From Alphaproteobacteria bacterium (lineage in GTDB: Bacteria > Pseudomonadota > Alphaproteobacteria > MPNO01): a stretch of 64,000 nt of DNA. The notes under the pieces were generated by a model. That model was given only the letters and a program-made list of their open reading frames with translations, searched no databases and was not told the origin of the DNA. The first letter of the stretch is position 1. Each line of letters starts with the position of its first letter. The stretch spans positions 512,001 through 576,000 of the forward strand of contig OZ219865.1 of assembly GCA_964291675.2 (NCBI GenBank). The letters are read 5' to 3'. Shown here piece after piece: positions 9,985 through 20,651 of the stretch. Position numbers and translations under genes: made by a program.

Positions 9985-10980
9985 ATGCTACCGAACCTCA
10001 AGGCAGCGGCGGCCCTTGCCGCTCTGGCGTTGATCGCGTTGACCGGCGGGGCTGCCGGAGCCCAGACGACCGCCGCCCAGGTCAGGGACGATGAAACCCT
10101 CAAGGCCTTCGTCGAAGGGGCGAAGGCGCGGATCGAGGCGATCACGGACATGAACGAAGGCGCGAAGCTCAGGGAGAGGCTGAGAACGGAGGGCGACTGG
10201 AAGTCGGGATCGATGTTCCTCGTCATCTTCCTCAAGAGCGGGGAGCCGTTCATCCACGGGAACGATCGCACGGCGGAAAGCAAGAACCTGCTCGGCGTCG
10301 AGGACGAACGCGGAGCCAAGGTGGTCGAGGAGCTCTTCGCGGCCGCCGCCCGGGGTGGCGGCTTCGTCAAGTACCAGGACGGCGGGTCGAAGACGGCATA
10401 CGCCGTCGAATACACGTCGGGGATCACCGCGAGACGATTCGTGCTGGTCGGCGGCTACGCGCAGGACGTCTCGCATGTCCCGGTCCGGATGGCGGATCTG
10501 CCGAAGCCGGCCGTCACCGCCTCGCAGGTCGTGGACCGCGAGACACTCATCGGCTTCGTTGAGCAAGCGACCGAGGCATACCGCAAAGCGGTCATGTCCG
10601 AAGGCTACCGCGCCCTCACCGGGGTCAGGAATGCCTTCCGGGCGGAAGGAGGGGACTGGAAATCGGGCTCCGTCTACCTGTGGGTCGTGAGTGGCGGGGG
10701 CATCATCCTGTTTCACGGATCGGAGCCGTTTCGCGAAGGCAGGCGCACGAATATGGAGAGGACGGACATCAACGGGGTGAAGTTCGCCGAGGAGCTGATC
10801 GGGGGTGCGCGGCGCGAAGGCCGAAAGTTCCTTCGCTATCACTACGACGACCCGACCGTCGAGGGAGACGAGGACACCGGCTCCCCGAAGCTCGGCTACG
10901 CGGTGAGCTTCCCGGCGCCCAACTCGGACCAGAGGGCCGTCATCGGCTCCGGCATATACCTCGGCAGGGACGACCGATGA
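9985..10980 (+). CDS. secreted protein with two tandem Cache-like domains
   Basis: Signal peptide (AAGA-Q); internal repeat ETLKAFV...GDWKSGSMFL / ETLIGFV...GDWKSGSVYL; ends in IGSGIY. Confidence 0.8.
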   Translation: MLPNLKAAAALAALALIALTGGAAGAQTTAAQVRDDETLKAFVEGAKARIEAITDMNEGAKLRERLRTEGDWKSGSMFLVIFLKSGEPFIHGNDRTAESKNLLGVEDERGAKVVEELFAAAARGGGFVKYQDGGSKTAYAVEYTSGITARRFVLVGGYAQDVSHVPVRMADLPKPAVTASQVVDRETLIGFVEQATEAYRKAVMSEGYRALTGVRNAFRAEGGDWKSGSVYLWVVSGGGIILFHGSEPFREGRRTNMERTDINGVKFAEELIGGARREGRKFLRYHYDDPTVEGDEDTGSPKLGYAVSFPAPNSDQRAVIGSGIYLGRDDR

Positions 10981-11430
10981 CCCCTGGCTTCGATTGCATG
11001 CATGTGCGGGGCCGGGGCGCGAGCGCCGGACTCTCGCGGGCTCGGTGCCGTTCGGTGCTGCCGTCCATGGCATGGACCTGAATCGCTCGAAGAACCCCAA
11101 CATGGCGTCAAGGGCGAAGGCGGCTCCAGCGGCTCGACGACGAAAAACGAACTCGCTTCGCCGACGATACAGCGGACTGTGCGAGCGACCCTCCCCTTCG
11201 GCGCCTCCACCTGCATCGAATTGTCACCTCGTGTCCCCATAGCGCCGCCCGGACGCCGCGCGCCGGTTCGGGGACTGTCTCCGCAAGTGCGCGGCGGGCG
11301 CTGCCGCTCAAGCGCCGCTCGGGCTGACTGCCGGTTGCACTTCGGCTTTCATCGCCCGACGGGTTGAGCGGTCAGGAAGCGGGTTGACGACGCCCTTCGG
11401 CGGTTTGCGTGTCACACCCCACGCACTCCC

Positions 11431-12105
11431 CGTCATGGCCGGACTTGATCCGGGGGCCGGGCATGACGATGGGGGGAGGCATGGTGATGGGGCGGGAAAC
11501 GCCGGGCGCGACGCGCGTCGAAGGCTAAACCGGACAGCAGTGGGGCAAGTCCACTGCTGTCCGGTTTATGTGAGCTGGACCGGGCGCAAAGCCTTGTTCC
11601 GGGCGGGATATCGGCGCGTCCGCCGGATCGGGACACGGATCGCCGCACGCCCGCACTTGCCGTCCCTGCCCCTCCGTTGTCACACCGGCCTCGTTCCGGG
11701 CACCCACGGGCGGGGCGGGCCGCACCCGGCTCCCGTACTCCTCCACCGCCACCACCACCCCGTCATGGCCGGACTTGATCCGGCCACCCATGCGCGGACT
11801 TGATCCGCGCAACCACTGGCGCCACCGCTACAACGCCCCGTCGGGAGAGGCGGCGGCGCCAGTGGATGCCCGGATCAAGTCCGGGCATGACGACGGGTGG
11901 GGGACGCCGGGGGAAGGACCCGCGGGCCGCCGTCCCCACACCCCACGCACTCCCCGTCATGCCCGGACTTGCCCCGGATCACAGTCCGGGGCTTGATCCG
12001 GGCATCCATGGGCGCCGCCACCGCTCCCGCCCCGCTGCCATGCGCGCGGAGGCCGCGTGGATGGCCGGATCGCCCCCGGACTTGATCCGGGGGCCAGCCA
12101 TGACG
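11431..12105. repeat. cluster of REP-like palindromes holding a permuted copy of the 330-bp MITE unit
   Basis: Several gtcatg(g/c)ccggacttgatccgg / ggatgcccggatcaagtccgggcatgac hairpins; 11553-11880 is nearly identical to the units at 33889-34878. Confidence 0.9.
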
Positions 12106-12194
12106 GGAGGGGGACGGCGGCCGATGACGACTTGCCCCCCTTCCCCCGCCCGATCCCGTTGCGAGCCCGCGCGGCCGGCGGCACTATGTGCGCC

Positions 12195-13022
12195 ATGAAC
12201 CGGCCGGCCGAGACCACCGTCGAGGACATCGCCCGGGCGATCGGCGACGGGGCGCTGCTCGCTTTGCCCAAGCCCGAGGCGGGGGCGGCGATGGCGGCGG
12301 TGCGCGCGCTGGTCCGCCGTGGCGCGAAGGGGCTGCGGCTCTGGTGCCTGCCGGCGTCGGGGCTGCCGGTCGATTTGCTGGTCGGCGCCGGCTGCGTCTC
12401 CTCGGTCGAGTGCAGCGGCGTCTCGCTCGGCGAGCTGGGCGCCGCGCCCCGCTTCCGCCTTGCGGCGGAGTCGGGCGCCGTCCGGGTCGTCGATTCCACC
12501 TGCCAGGCGATGTACGCCGCCGCGCAGGCGGGCGAGAAGGGGATGCCGTTCGTCGCGCTGCGCGGCATCGTCGGCTCCGACATTCTCACCCACCGCGACG
12601 ACTGGCGGGTGATGCAGAACCCGTTCGCCTCCGGCGAGGACCCGGTGGTCGTGCTGCCGGCAATTCGGCCCGACATGGCGCTGATCCACGCAAGGCTCCG
12701 CGATTCCTGCGGCAATCTCTGGGTCGGCAACGCGCGCGAGGCGATCGTGCTCGCCCATGCGGCGAGGCGCACCGTCGCCACCTTCGAGGCGCATCACGAG
12801 GGCAATCTGCTCGACGACGACCGCATGGCGGCCGGCACCATCGCGCCGGTCTATGTCGAGGCCGCGGCGCACGCGCCGCGCGGCGCCTGGCCGCTGGCGC
12901 TTCCCGGCGCGTATGCGGCCGACCGGGACTGCCTCGCCGAGTACGCCGCCGCCGCCGCGAGCGAGGACGGGTTCGCCGCCTGGCTGGCGCGCCACCTGCC
13001 GGGCGCCGGCGCGGCGGCGTGA
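12195..13022 (+). CDS. family I CoA-transferase subunit A
   Basis: DLLVGAG, QAGEKGMPF, GIVGSDIL, NPF, LPAIRPDMALIHA. Confidence 0.88.
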   Translation: MNRPAETTVEDIARAIGDGALLALPKPEAGAAMAAVRALVRRGAKGLRLWCLPASGLPVDLLVGAGCVSSVECSGVSLGELGAAPRFRLAAESGAVRVVDSTCQAMYAAAQAGEKGMPFVALRGIVGSDILTHRDDWRVMQNPFASGEDPVVVLPAIRPDMALIHARLRDSCGNLWVGNAREAIVLAHAARRTVATFEAHHEGNLLDDDRMAAGTIAPVYVEAAAHAPRGAWPLALPGAYAADRDCLAEYAAAAASEDGFAAWLARHLPGAGAAA

Positions 13023-13753
13023 GCGCGCCGCCGACGCGGGACGAGTTCTTGGCCTGCGTGCTGGCGCGCGAGATCGAGGGGCTCGACAACGTCGCCGTCG
13101 GCACCGCCTCCCCGGTCGCGGCGACCGCGGCGCTGCTGGTCGAGGCCGAGAGCGGCGGGCGGACCCGGGCCAGCATTCTGGGCAGCCGGCGCCACAACCC
13201 GTTCAACGACGGCGGCAGCGAGCTGCACGACCGCGCCGCGCAGGGCCGCATCGACGCGTTCTTCCTGGGCGGCGGGCAGATCGACGGGGCGGGCAATATC
13301 AACCTCGTCGGCACCGGGCCTTATCCCGACACAAAAGTCCGGTTTCCAGGGAGTTACGGGTCGGCCTTCCTCTATTTTCTTATCCCGCGCGTGATCCTGT
13401 TCCGCGCCGAGCACAGCCGCCGGGTGCTGGTGCCGAAGGTCGACTTCGTGAGCGCGCCCGGCACCGGCCCGCCCTCCGTCCACCGCACCGGCGGCCCGCA
13501 CGCCCTGGTCACCCGGCTGTGCGCGATGGCGTTCGACCGCAAGCAAGGCGGGTTCCGCCTGCAAAGCCTGCATCCGGGGGTGCGGCTGGAGGAGGTGCGC
13601 GACGCGACGGGGTTCGCCTTCGACATCCCCGCCGAGGTGCCGGAGACGCCGCCGCCCGAGCCCGGGCGGCTCGCGCTGATCCGCGGCGCCGTGCGCGAGC
13701 GCGTGGCCGAGACCTACCCCGAGTTCGCGGCGACGCGGATCGCCGCCTTCTAG
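13019..13753 (+). CDS. family I CoA-transferase subunit B
   Basis: FFLGGGQIDGAGNINLV, FPGSYGS, FVSAPG; GTGA overlap with subunit A. Confidence 0.88.
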   Translation: MSAPPTRDEFLACVLAREIEGLDNVAVGTASPVAATAALLVEAESGGRTRASILGSRRHNPFNDGGSELHDRAAQGRIDAFFLGGGQIDGAGNINLVGTGPYPDTKVRFPGSYGSAFLYFLIPRVILFRAEHSRRVLVPKVDFVSAPGTGPPSVHRTGGPHALVTRLCAMAFDRKQGGFRLQSLHPGVRLEEVRDATGFAFDIPAEVPETPPPEPGRLALIRGAVRERVAETYPEFAATRIAAF

Positions 13754-14145
13754 CCCCCGCCGACCGGCCCGGCGACGGCGGCGAGCGCCGAATCGAATGT
13801 CTTGATGTCCCCGACGCCGCGCCGGCGGCAGCTCGCGAGATGGCAGAGGTCGCGGGCGCCCAGCGTCGGAAAGCGGTCGTGCAGCCGGCGGGCGAGCGTC
13901 ACGTCTTCCCGGGTCAACGGCCAGATCTCGATTTCGCAGCTCTCGATCAGCCGGAGCGCCGCATCGAGCGTCGCCACCCTGCCGACCCGCAGATAGGCAT
14001 GCATCAGCTCCTGCACCGCCTCCGCGGAAGTGACGAGGGGGGTGCGGTCGCGGTTGCAGGCGACGAAGAAGGTCCGCGCCGGCTCGCGCAGCGGATGCGG
14101 ACGGCCGACCGCGTAGATGAAGACGTCGGTGTCGACGAAGATCAT
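13750..14145 (-). CDS. VapC/PIN toxin
   Basis: MIFVDTDVFIYA, QELMH, ARDLCHLA, TFD: PIN acidic residues. Confidence 0.92.
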   Translation of the reverse strand: MIFVDTDVFIYAVGRPHPLREPARTFFVACNRDRTPLVTSAEAVQELMHAYLRVGRVATLDAALRLIESCEIEIWPLTREDVTLARRLHDRFPTLGARDLCHLASCRRRGVGDIKTFDSALAAVAGPVGGG

Positions 14146-14417
14146 GTATCGGCCGCGCCGCGGCGCCGGGATTCGTCGATCGCGGCCAGGTGCTCGTCCC
14201 AGCCCGGCTCGGTGGCCGGCCCGTCCAGCGCGTCGCATTGCCGAAAGAACGCTTCCACGTCGGCCGGCGAGCGGAACGGGCGGCCTTGTTCCCGCCTGAG
14301 CAGCCGTTCCCGGGCGGCGGCCCGGAGCCACGCGCTGAGCGACAGGCCTTCTCGCCGCGCCTGGTGGGCGTAGCGTTCCCGATCTTCGTCGGGAATGACG
14401 AGTTGAACGCGGGCCAT
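14142..14417 (-). CDS. ribbon-helix-helix antitoxin (VapB-like)
   Basis: MARVQLVIPDE...ARREGLSLSAWLRAAA; ATGA overlap with vapC. Confidence 0.85.
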   Translation of the reverse strand: MARVQLVIPDEDRERYAHQARREGLSLSAWLRAAARERLLRREQGRPFRSPADVEAFFRQCDALDGPATEPGWDEHLAAIDESRRRGAADT

Positions 14418-14593
14418 TGGATGTGCACAACGGGTATGTATGTGTAAGTATCTTACACAACTTTCTCGAACGATCAATCCGCGTCGCCGCGCGCCCAACG
14501 GCCGCGTTTACACGGGCCGGCCGTTGGGCGAAAATCCGGCGGCCGCGCGGCGTTCGCCGGGCCGGTCGGATGATCAACGAGGAGACTGTCACC

Positions 14594-15619
14594 ATGGGGA
14601 CCAGACGTCTGGGAGCCTGCGCGCTCGCGCTCGCCCTCCCCGCCCTCGCCCTTCTCGCCGGCGCCGCGCCGGCGGCGGCGCAGGGCAAGCATGTGATGAA
14701 GCTCGCGATCGTGGTCGCGAACGATCCGCTGCACGAGTTCATCAGGGAGTACAAGCGCCAGATCGAGATCAAGTCGGGCGGCAAGATCGCCGCCGAGCTC
14801 TACCCGTCCGCCCAGCTCGGCAAGATTCCGCGCCTCATCGAGGGGCTCCAGCTCGGCACGGTCGAGCTGTTCGGCACCCCGGCCGGCTTCCTCAAGGGCG
14901 TCGATCCGCGCTTCCAGGTGCTCGAGGTGCCGGGCGTGTTCAACTCGAACGCGCACGCCCACAAGACGATCACCGACCCGAGGTTCCGCGACAGGTTCTT
15001 GAACGTCGCGGTCAAGAAGGGCGTCAAGGGCGTCAGCATCTGGATGTACGGCCCGACGTCGTATGCCTCGCTCACCCCGGTGCGCAAGCTCGGCGACTTC
15101 AAGGGCATGAAGTTCCGCGTGCTCGCCACCAAGGTGGAGACCGAGGTGATGGCGCGCCTCGGCGCGACCGGCGTGCCGATGCCCTATTCCGAGACCCTGC
15201 CGGCGCTGCAGCGCAAGCTGATCGACGGCATCCGTTCAAACATCACAGTCATGGCCGCCACCAAGCACTTCACCGAGGCCAAATTCATAACTGTCGTAAA
15301 TGACACGTATATCCCCTGCATCGGCTTTGTCTCGATGGCGTTCTACAACAAGCTGCCGCGCGAGCTGCAGCAGGCGGTGGAGGATGCCGGGAAGGCGGTC
15401 GAGAGCTTCATGTTCAAGACCGCGCAGGATTACGGCTCGCGCGCCGAGCAGAAATGGCGCGACGGCGGGGCCGAGGTTATCCGCCTGTCGGCGGCGGACC
15501 AGAAGAAGTTCATGCAGACCGTGGCGCCGATCGGCGACGACGTGCTGGGCCAGCGCAAGGACACCAAGGAGATGTTCGAGCTGATGAAGGCCGTCGCCAA
15601 GTCGCACGCCGGCGCCTGA
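14594..15619 (+). CDS. TRAP transporter substrate-binding protein (DctP family)
   Basis: Signal peptide; YPSAQLG, LQLGTVE, DFKGMKFRV, PMPYSETLPALQ. Confidence 0.93.
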   Translation: MGTRRLGACALALALPALALLAGAAPAAAQGKHVMKLAIVVANDPLHEFIREYKRQIEIKSGGKIAAELYPSAQLGKIPRLIEGLQLGTVELFGTPAGFLKGVDPRFQVLEVPGVFNSNAHAHKTITDPRFRDRFLNVAVKKGVKGVSIWMYGPTSYASLTPVRKLGDFKGMKFRVLATKVETEVMARLGATGVPMPYSETLPALQRKLIDGIRSNITVMAATKHFTEAKFITVVNDTYIPCIGFVSMAFYNKLPRELQQAVEDAGKAVESFMFKTAQDYGSRAEQKWRDGGAEVIRLSAADQKKFMQTVAPIGDDVLGQRKDTKEMFELMKAVAKSHAGA

Positions 15620-15679
15620 CAGCGCAGCGCGGGGCCGCCGTCGCCGGCGGCGGCCCCGCTTCCGGGGGAGAGCGAGGCG

Positions 15680-16789
15680 ATGGCGGAGAAGGCCGACGCG
15701 GCGGTGCTCACCGCGCCGCGCAGCTTCGAGTTCCGCGACTTCGCCCTGCCCGATATCGGGCCGGACGAGGGCGTGCTCAGGGTCGAGGCGGCGGGGCTGT
15801 GCGGCACCGATTACGAGCAATATACCGGCCACCTCGCGGGCACGCCGTGGGACGTCACCCCGATCGTCCCGGGGCACGAGATCGCAGGCTGGCTCGACCG
15901 GGTGGGGCGCGAGGCCGCCCGGCGCTGGAACGCCAAAGAGGGCGACCGGGTGGTGGTCGAATCGATCATCCCCTGCGGCCACTGCTTCCAGTGCGCGATC
16001 GGCAAGACGACGCTCTGCGAGAGCAACATGGGCTACGGGCTCTACGCCTCGACCGAGCAGGCGCCCGGCCTCTGGGGCGGCTATGCGAGCCACATGTATC
16101 TCCACCCCAAGACCCAGGTGCACAAGGTCTCCGACGACATCCCGCGCGATATTCTGTCGCTGTTCAACCCGCTCGCCAACGGGGTGCGCTGGGCCTACGA
16201 GGCGCCCAACACGCGGATCGGCGAGACCGTGGTCGTCGAGGGTCCGGGCCAGCGCGGGCTGCTCTCGGTGGTCGCCGCGCGGGAGGCCGGCGCCGGCACG
16301 ATCATCGTCACCGGCACGTCCAACGACGCCCACCGGCTCGACCTCGCGCAGCGGCTCGGCGCCGACATCGCGATCGACGTGGACGCCGAGAACGCGGTCG
16401 AGCGGGTGCGCGAGGCGACCGGCGGCCGCGGCGCCGATGTCGTGGTCGAGGTCTCGGCCGGCGCCACCCAGCCGATCGTCGATGCGGTCGACATGGTCAG
16501 GCGCGGCGGGCGCATCGTGCTCGCCGGTCTCAAGAGTTTCAGGCCGGTCGGCAACCTGGTCACCGACAAGATCGTGATCAACGAGATCCAGCTCATCGGC
16601 CTCTTGTCCGCCGGCTGGGTGTCGATCGAGCGCTCGCTCGACATCCTCAGGCGGCGCGGCGAGGAGCTCCGCCCGCTGTGCTCGCACATGTTCCCGCTGG
16701 CGGACGCGGACACGGCGGTACGCGCGCTCGGCCGCGAGGTCGACGACGGCAAGGAGGTCGTCCACATCGCGCTCGACGTCGCGGGCTAG
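15680..16789 (+). CDS. zinc-dependent (MDR) dehydrogenase
   Basis: GLCGTD, PGHEIAG, CGHCFQC...C, GPGQRG. Confidence 0.93.
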   Translation: MAEKADAAVLTAPRSFEFRDFALPDIGPDEGVLRVEAAGLCGTDYEQYTGHLAGTPWDVTPIVPGHEIAGWLDRVGREAARRWNAKEGDRVVVESIIPCGHCFQCAIGKTTLCESNMGYGLYASTEQAPGLWGGYASHMYLHPKTQVHKVSDDIPRDILSLFNPLANGVRWAYEAPNTRIGETVVVEGPGQRGLLSVVAAREAGAGTIIVTGTSNDAHRLDLAQRLGADIAIDVDAENAVERVREATGGRGADVVVEVSAGATQPIVDAVDMVRRGGRIVLAGLKSFRPVGNLVTDKIVINEIQLIGLLSAGWVSIERSLDILRRRGEELRPLCSHMFPLADADTAVRALGREVDDGKEVVHIALDVAG

Positions 16790-16959
16790 AGCATTATCCG
16801 ATCTAATTGAATCTCTAGTATGTTCAACGGATTAGACCTCCCTCGACCGCTGCGGACGCGTCTCTGGCAGGTTTGGCGGCTGACGCGTTGCCCGTGTCAG
16901 CCAAGTTTGGCCACCATTCGGAACAGGCTGCGATCCAACTTGATCGGATAGTGCTCTAG
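16786..16959. mobile_element. CTAG-ended MITE (IS630-type ends)
   Basis: ctagagcattatccgatctaattgaat ... atccaacttgatcggatagtgctctag: 27-bp inverted ends with 4 mismatches. Confidence 0.75.
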
Positions 16960-17790
16960 ACTTTTTCCGATCGTTTGTAGTCGTAACCTGCCGCAGCGAA
17001 GTAGTTTCGGCACTCGCCGGGGGTGTAGCTGTCGATGGCTTGGGCGATGGCCTCGTCGATTGGGGAGACGGTGCGGGCGGCGCGGCGCTTGAGAAAGGCC
17101 TTGAACTTGGAGTAGGCCATCTCGATCGGGTCGCGGTCGGGCGGGCCGGGCGGCAGGAGGCGGAGTTCGGCACCGGTGCTCTGGATGGCCTGGCGCACGG
17201 CGGCGCCGCGGTGGGCGGAGAGGTTGTCCACGGCCACGATGTCGCCGGGCTTGAGCGCGGGCGCCAGCACTTGCTCGACACAGGCCCGGAAGGCGGCCCC
17301 GTGCATGGCGCCGTCGAGCGTCATCGGGGCGGTCATGCCGCTGCGCCGCAAGGCGCCGACGAAGGCGGTGGTTTTCCAGTGCCCGTGCGGCACCGGGGCG
17401 CGGCAGCGCTGGCCGCGTCGCCTGGACATCTCGGTGGATGCCCCGTTCGGCGGCTTACGCGGCCTTCGGCCACGGTCCGCCTCACCATCGACGAAGACCA
17501 GCCTGTCGGGGTCGAGGTCGGGCTGGGCCTCGAACCAGGCCTGCCGGCGGCGCATCACGTCCGGGCGTTGCCGCTCGCCGGCATGCGCGGTTTTCTTCAA
17601 CGTGATGCCGCGGCGGTGGAAGAGGCGCCACACCGTGCTCTGCGAGACCCGCAGCCCGTGCGCGTCCTCCAGATGCGCCGCGACCTCCGCCAGCGTCAAG
17701 TCCGGCGTCTCCCGACCAGCGCGAGGAGCACCGCCGCATGCGCCTCGATCCGCCCCGAGCGCCGGTCGCCACCCTGTCGCCCGGGCGGCC
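16956..17790 (-). pseudogene. degraded IS630-family transposase
   Basis: ITLKKT, DRLVFVD, PHGHWKTT, VAVDNLSAH, PIEMAYSKFKA; N-terminus broken and conserved motifs altered. Confidence 0.88.
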
Positions 17791-17887
17791 GGCTGCGCGG
17801 AGCCGCGTCGCCCCGCGCGCGGGGCCCTCTCGTGGACTACGGGGACAAGCTACCGCCGCGCCACTGGTAGATTTTTGCTCCGCCGCC

Positions 17888-18070
17888 TGGCGTGGACCCC
17901 TGGGGCCGGACAGTTTCATGGCGCAGCCTTGACCGGCCTGCGGGACTGTCCCGCCTCGAAACGGTTGGGGCTCAGGTAACGGAGAGCCGAGTGCAGGCGT
18001 CTCTCGTCGTCGCTGTCGATGAAGCGGGGCGGGTGTGAGGATCGCCGGAGGAGGCGCCGCGCACTCGATC
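17888..18070 (-). mobile_element. IS3-family remnant (transposase C-terminus and right end)
   Basis: RRLHSALRYLSPNRFE motif followed by ctgtccggccccaggggtccacgcca. Confidence 0.7.
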
Positions 18071-18328
18071 GAGAGGGTCCGAATCGGTATTGATCGACTT
18101 TTCGGCCACGATTGTGCAGAACAGATGGCAGATCCGGTTCGGGCGTCCTCCGCTGTCGGGCAGGCCTGCGGGTCCACCACACGGCCGCACGGAGAGGCGA
18201 TGTTCCCATGAGCAACGGCACGCACGACGGAGCTGCACCGGGGACGCCAGTGTCCGCCCCGCCCGAGCCGTTCCAGCGGCTGAAGAGCCTCTTGCGGGAG
18301 ATGTTCCAGCTCGACCGCGGCGATCTCG

Positions 18329-19778
18329 GGTCGTGTCCCCAGACGTGGTGTAGGAGCTCTGGCCTTGGTTTGTAGCTGTGGGTAAGCAGCGCGCCGCCGC
18401 GACCGCCGCGAGTCTGGCGGCGGCGGGCTGCTTATCCACAGCGGAGGCCATCGCGGTTCCGGTTTAGGGTTGGGTCGTGCAACGCCAACCCGAACCTGAG
18501 GAGGAACCGCGATGACCGACGACATGATGGCCCTGCGCGGGCTTTTGGAGAAGAGTTCCGACGCCGATCTGCTGCGCGAGATGATCGGCTTCTCGGCCGA
18601 GCGTCTGATGGCGCTGGAGGTGGAAGGGCTGACCGGCGCCGCCCATGGCGAGCGCACGCCGGAGCGGATCACGCAGCGCAACGGCTACCGCGAGCGGGCC
18701 TGGGAGACCCGCGCCGGCACGGTGGCGCTGAGGATCCCGAAGCTCAGGACGGGGAGCTACTTCCCCGGCTTCCTGGAACCGCGCCGGATGGCGGAGAAGG
18801 CACTCACGGCGGTGATCCAGGAGGCCTACATCCAGGGCGTGTCGACGCGCTCGGTCGACGACCTGGTGCAGGCGATGGGCATGTCGGGCATCTCCAAGAG
18901 CCAGGTGTCCAGGCTGTGCGCCGAGATCGACGACAAGATCGAGAGCTTCCTCGACCGGCCGCTGGAGGGCGAGTGGCCCTATCTGTGGCTGGATGCGACC
19001 TATATCAAGATGCGCGAGATCGGGCGCATCGTCCCGGTCGCGGTGACCGTCGCGGTGGCGGTCAACGACCAGGGCCGGCGCGAGGTGCTCGGCATGGCGA
19101 TCGGCCACTCCGAGGCCGAGACCTTCTGGACCGCCTTCCTGCGCGCGCTGACCGGCCGCGGGCTCAAGGGCGTCAAGCTGGTGATCTCCGACGACCACAA
19201 GGGGTTGAAGGCCGCCGCGACCCGCATCCTCGGCGCCACCTGGCAGCGCTGCCGCATCCACTTCATGCGCAACCTGCTGGCCCATGCCGGCCGTCAGGGA
19301 AGGCGCGTCGTGTCTGCCTTCGTCGCCACCGCCTTCGCCCAGGACGACGCCCAGGCCGCGAGCGCCCAGTGGCGCCTGGTCGCCGACCAGCTCAGGCCCA
19401 AGGCGCCCAAGCTCGCCACCCTCATGGACGACGCCGAGCACGACGTCCTCGCCTACATGACCTTCCCCAGGGAGCACCGAACCAAGCTCCACTCGACCAA
19501 CCCCATCGAGCGGGTCCATGCCGAGATCAAGCGCCGAACCAACGTCGTCGGCATCTTCCCCAACGAAGACGCCGTCACCCGCCTGGTCGGCGCCATCCTG
19601 CTCGAGCAGAACGACGAGTGGGCCGTCGCAAGGAGATACATGACACTGGAATCCATCGCTCAGACCAGCGACAATCTCACCGTCAAGCCGCCCGCCGTGG
19701 CAGCCTGACCCTACCGGCCCAACACGCCGGATACCGCGATCGGCGCCGGGCTCTTACACCACGTGGCGGGACACGATC
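18329..19778 (+). mobile_element. intact IS256-family element
   Basis: Imperfect ~29-bp terminal inverted repeats; 8-bp duplication CGATCTCG at 18321-18328 and 19779-19786. Confidence 0.95.
18512..19708 (+). CDS. IS256-family transposase
   Basis: [46 protein letters not shown]. Confidence 0.97.
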   Translation: MTDDMMALRGLLEKSSDADLLREMIGFSAERLMALEVEGLTGAAHGERTPERITQRNGYRERAWETRAGTVALRIPKLRTGSYFPGFLEPRRMAEKALTAVIQEAYIQGVSTRSVDDLVQAMGMSGISKSQVSRLCAEIDDKIESFLDRPLEGEWPYLWLDATYIKMREIGRIVPVAVTVAVAVNDQGRREVLGMAIGHSEAETFWTAFLRALTGRGLKGVKLVISDDHKGLKAAATRILGATWQRCRIHFMRNLLAHAGRQGRRVVSAFVATAFAQDDAQAASAQWRLVADQLRPKAPKLATLMDDAEHDVLAYMTFPREHRTKLHSTNPIERVHAEIKRRTNVVGIFPNEDAVTRLVGAILLEQNDEWAVARRYMTLESIAQTSDNLTVKPPAVAA

Positions 19779-20619
19779 CGATCTCGATTTCGGCCTCTAC
19801 CGGATCATGGCCATGAAGGCGGGCGAGATCGAGGCGTTTCTCGATCGCGACCTGCTGCCCCAGGTGAAGGAGGTCCTGGCGGGAGTCGCGGACGAGGATC
19901 GGATCGCGCTGGAAGAAGCGCTCGCGGAAGCGCGGCAGCGGGCGCGGCAGTTGGGAGTCGACCCCGAGGAGACACCGAAGGTCCGGAAGCTTCGAGCCAA
20001 ATTGGCGGCGCCGAAGGCCGACGCGGACGCCGAGGCCGCCGTCTACGGCCATCTCGCCACCTTCTTCGCCCGCTACTACCGCGAGGGCGACTTCATGTCG
20101 CTGCGGCGCTATGCGGGCGGCGGGCGGACGACCTATCTGATCCCCTACGACGGCGAGGAAGTGAAGCTGCACTGGGCCAACGCCGACCAGTACTACATCA
20201 AGACGACCGAGAGCTACGCTTCCTACGCCTTCGCCGCCGGCGAGGGCGAGGCCGCGCGGCGCGTCCGATTGGAGATCGCGGCCGCCGACAACGAGAAGGA
20301 CAACGTCAAGGCGGCCGAAGGCAAGCAGCGCCGCTTCGTGCTCGCGCAAGGCGGCGACGCCATCGCCCACGACGGTGCCGATCTGGTCGTCCGCTTCGAG
20401 CACAGGCCGCTCACGGACGCCGAGAAGAAGACGTGGCCCGGCAACGGCGCGCGGCAGCAGGAACGGATCGACGAGGCGTCTGCGGCGCGGGTGCTCGGTA
20501 CGCTCGATGGGGACTGGCGGGCGCTGCTGGCCGCACCGGCGCCGACCGAGACCGATCCCGAACGCACGCTGCTGGCAAAGCACATCGCGCGCTACACGGC
20601 GAAGAACAGCTTCGACTAC

Positions 20620-20651
<32 letters not shown>

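Noticed and set aside
18916-19790. N-terminal ~290 aa of the 1332-aa ORF as a transposase-Mod fusion
   Set aside because: It is an Arg-rich shadow frame of the IS256; the real Mod N-terminus is at 18208.
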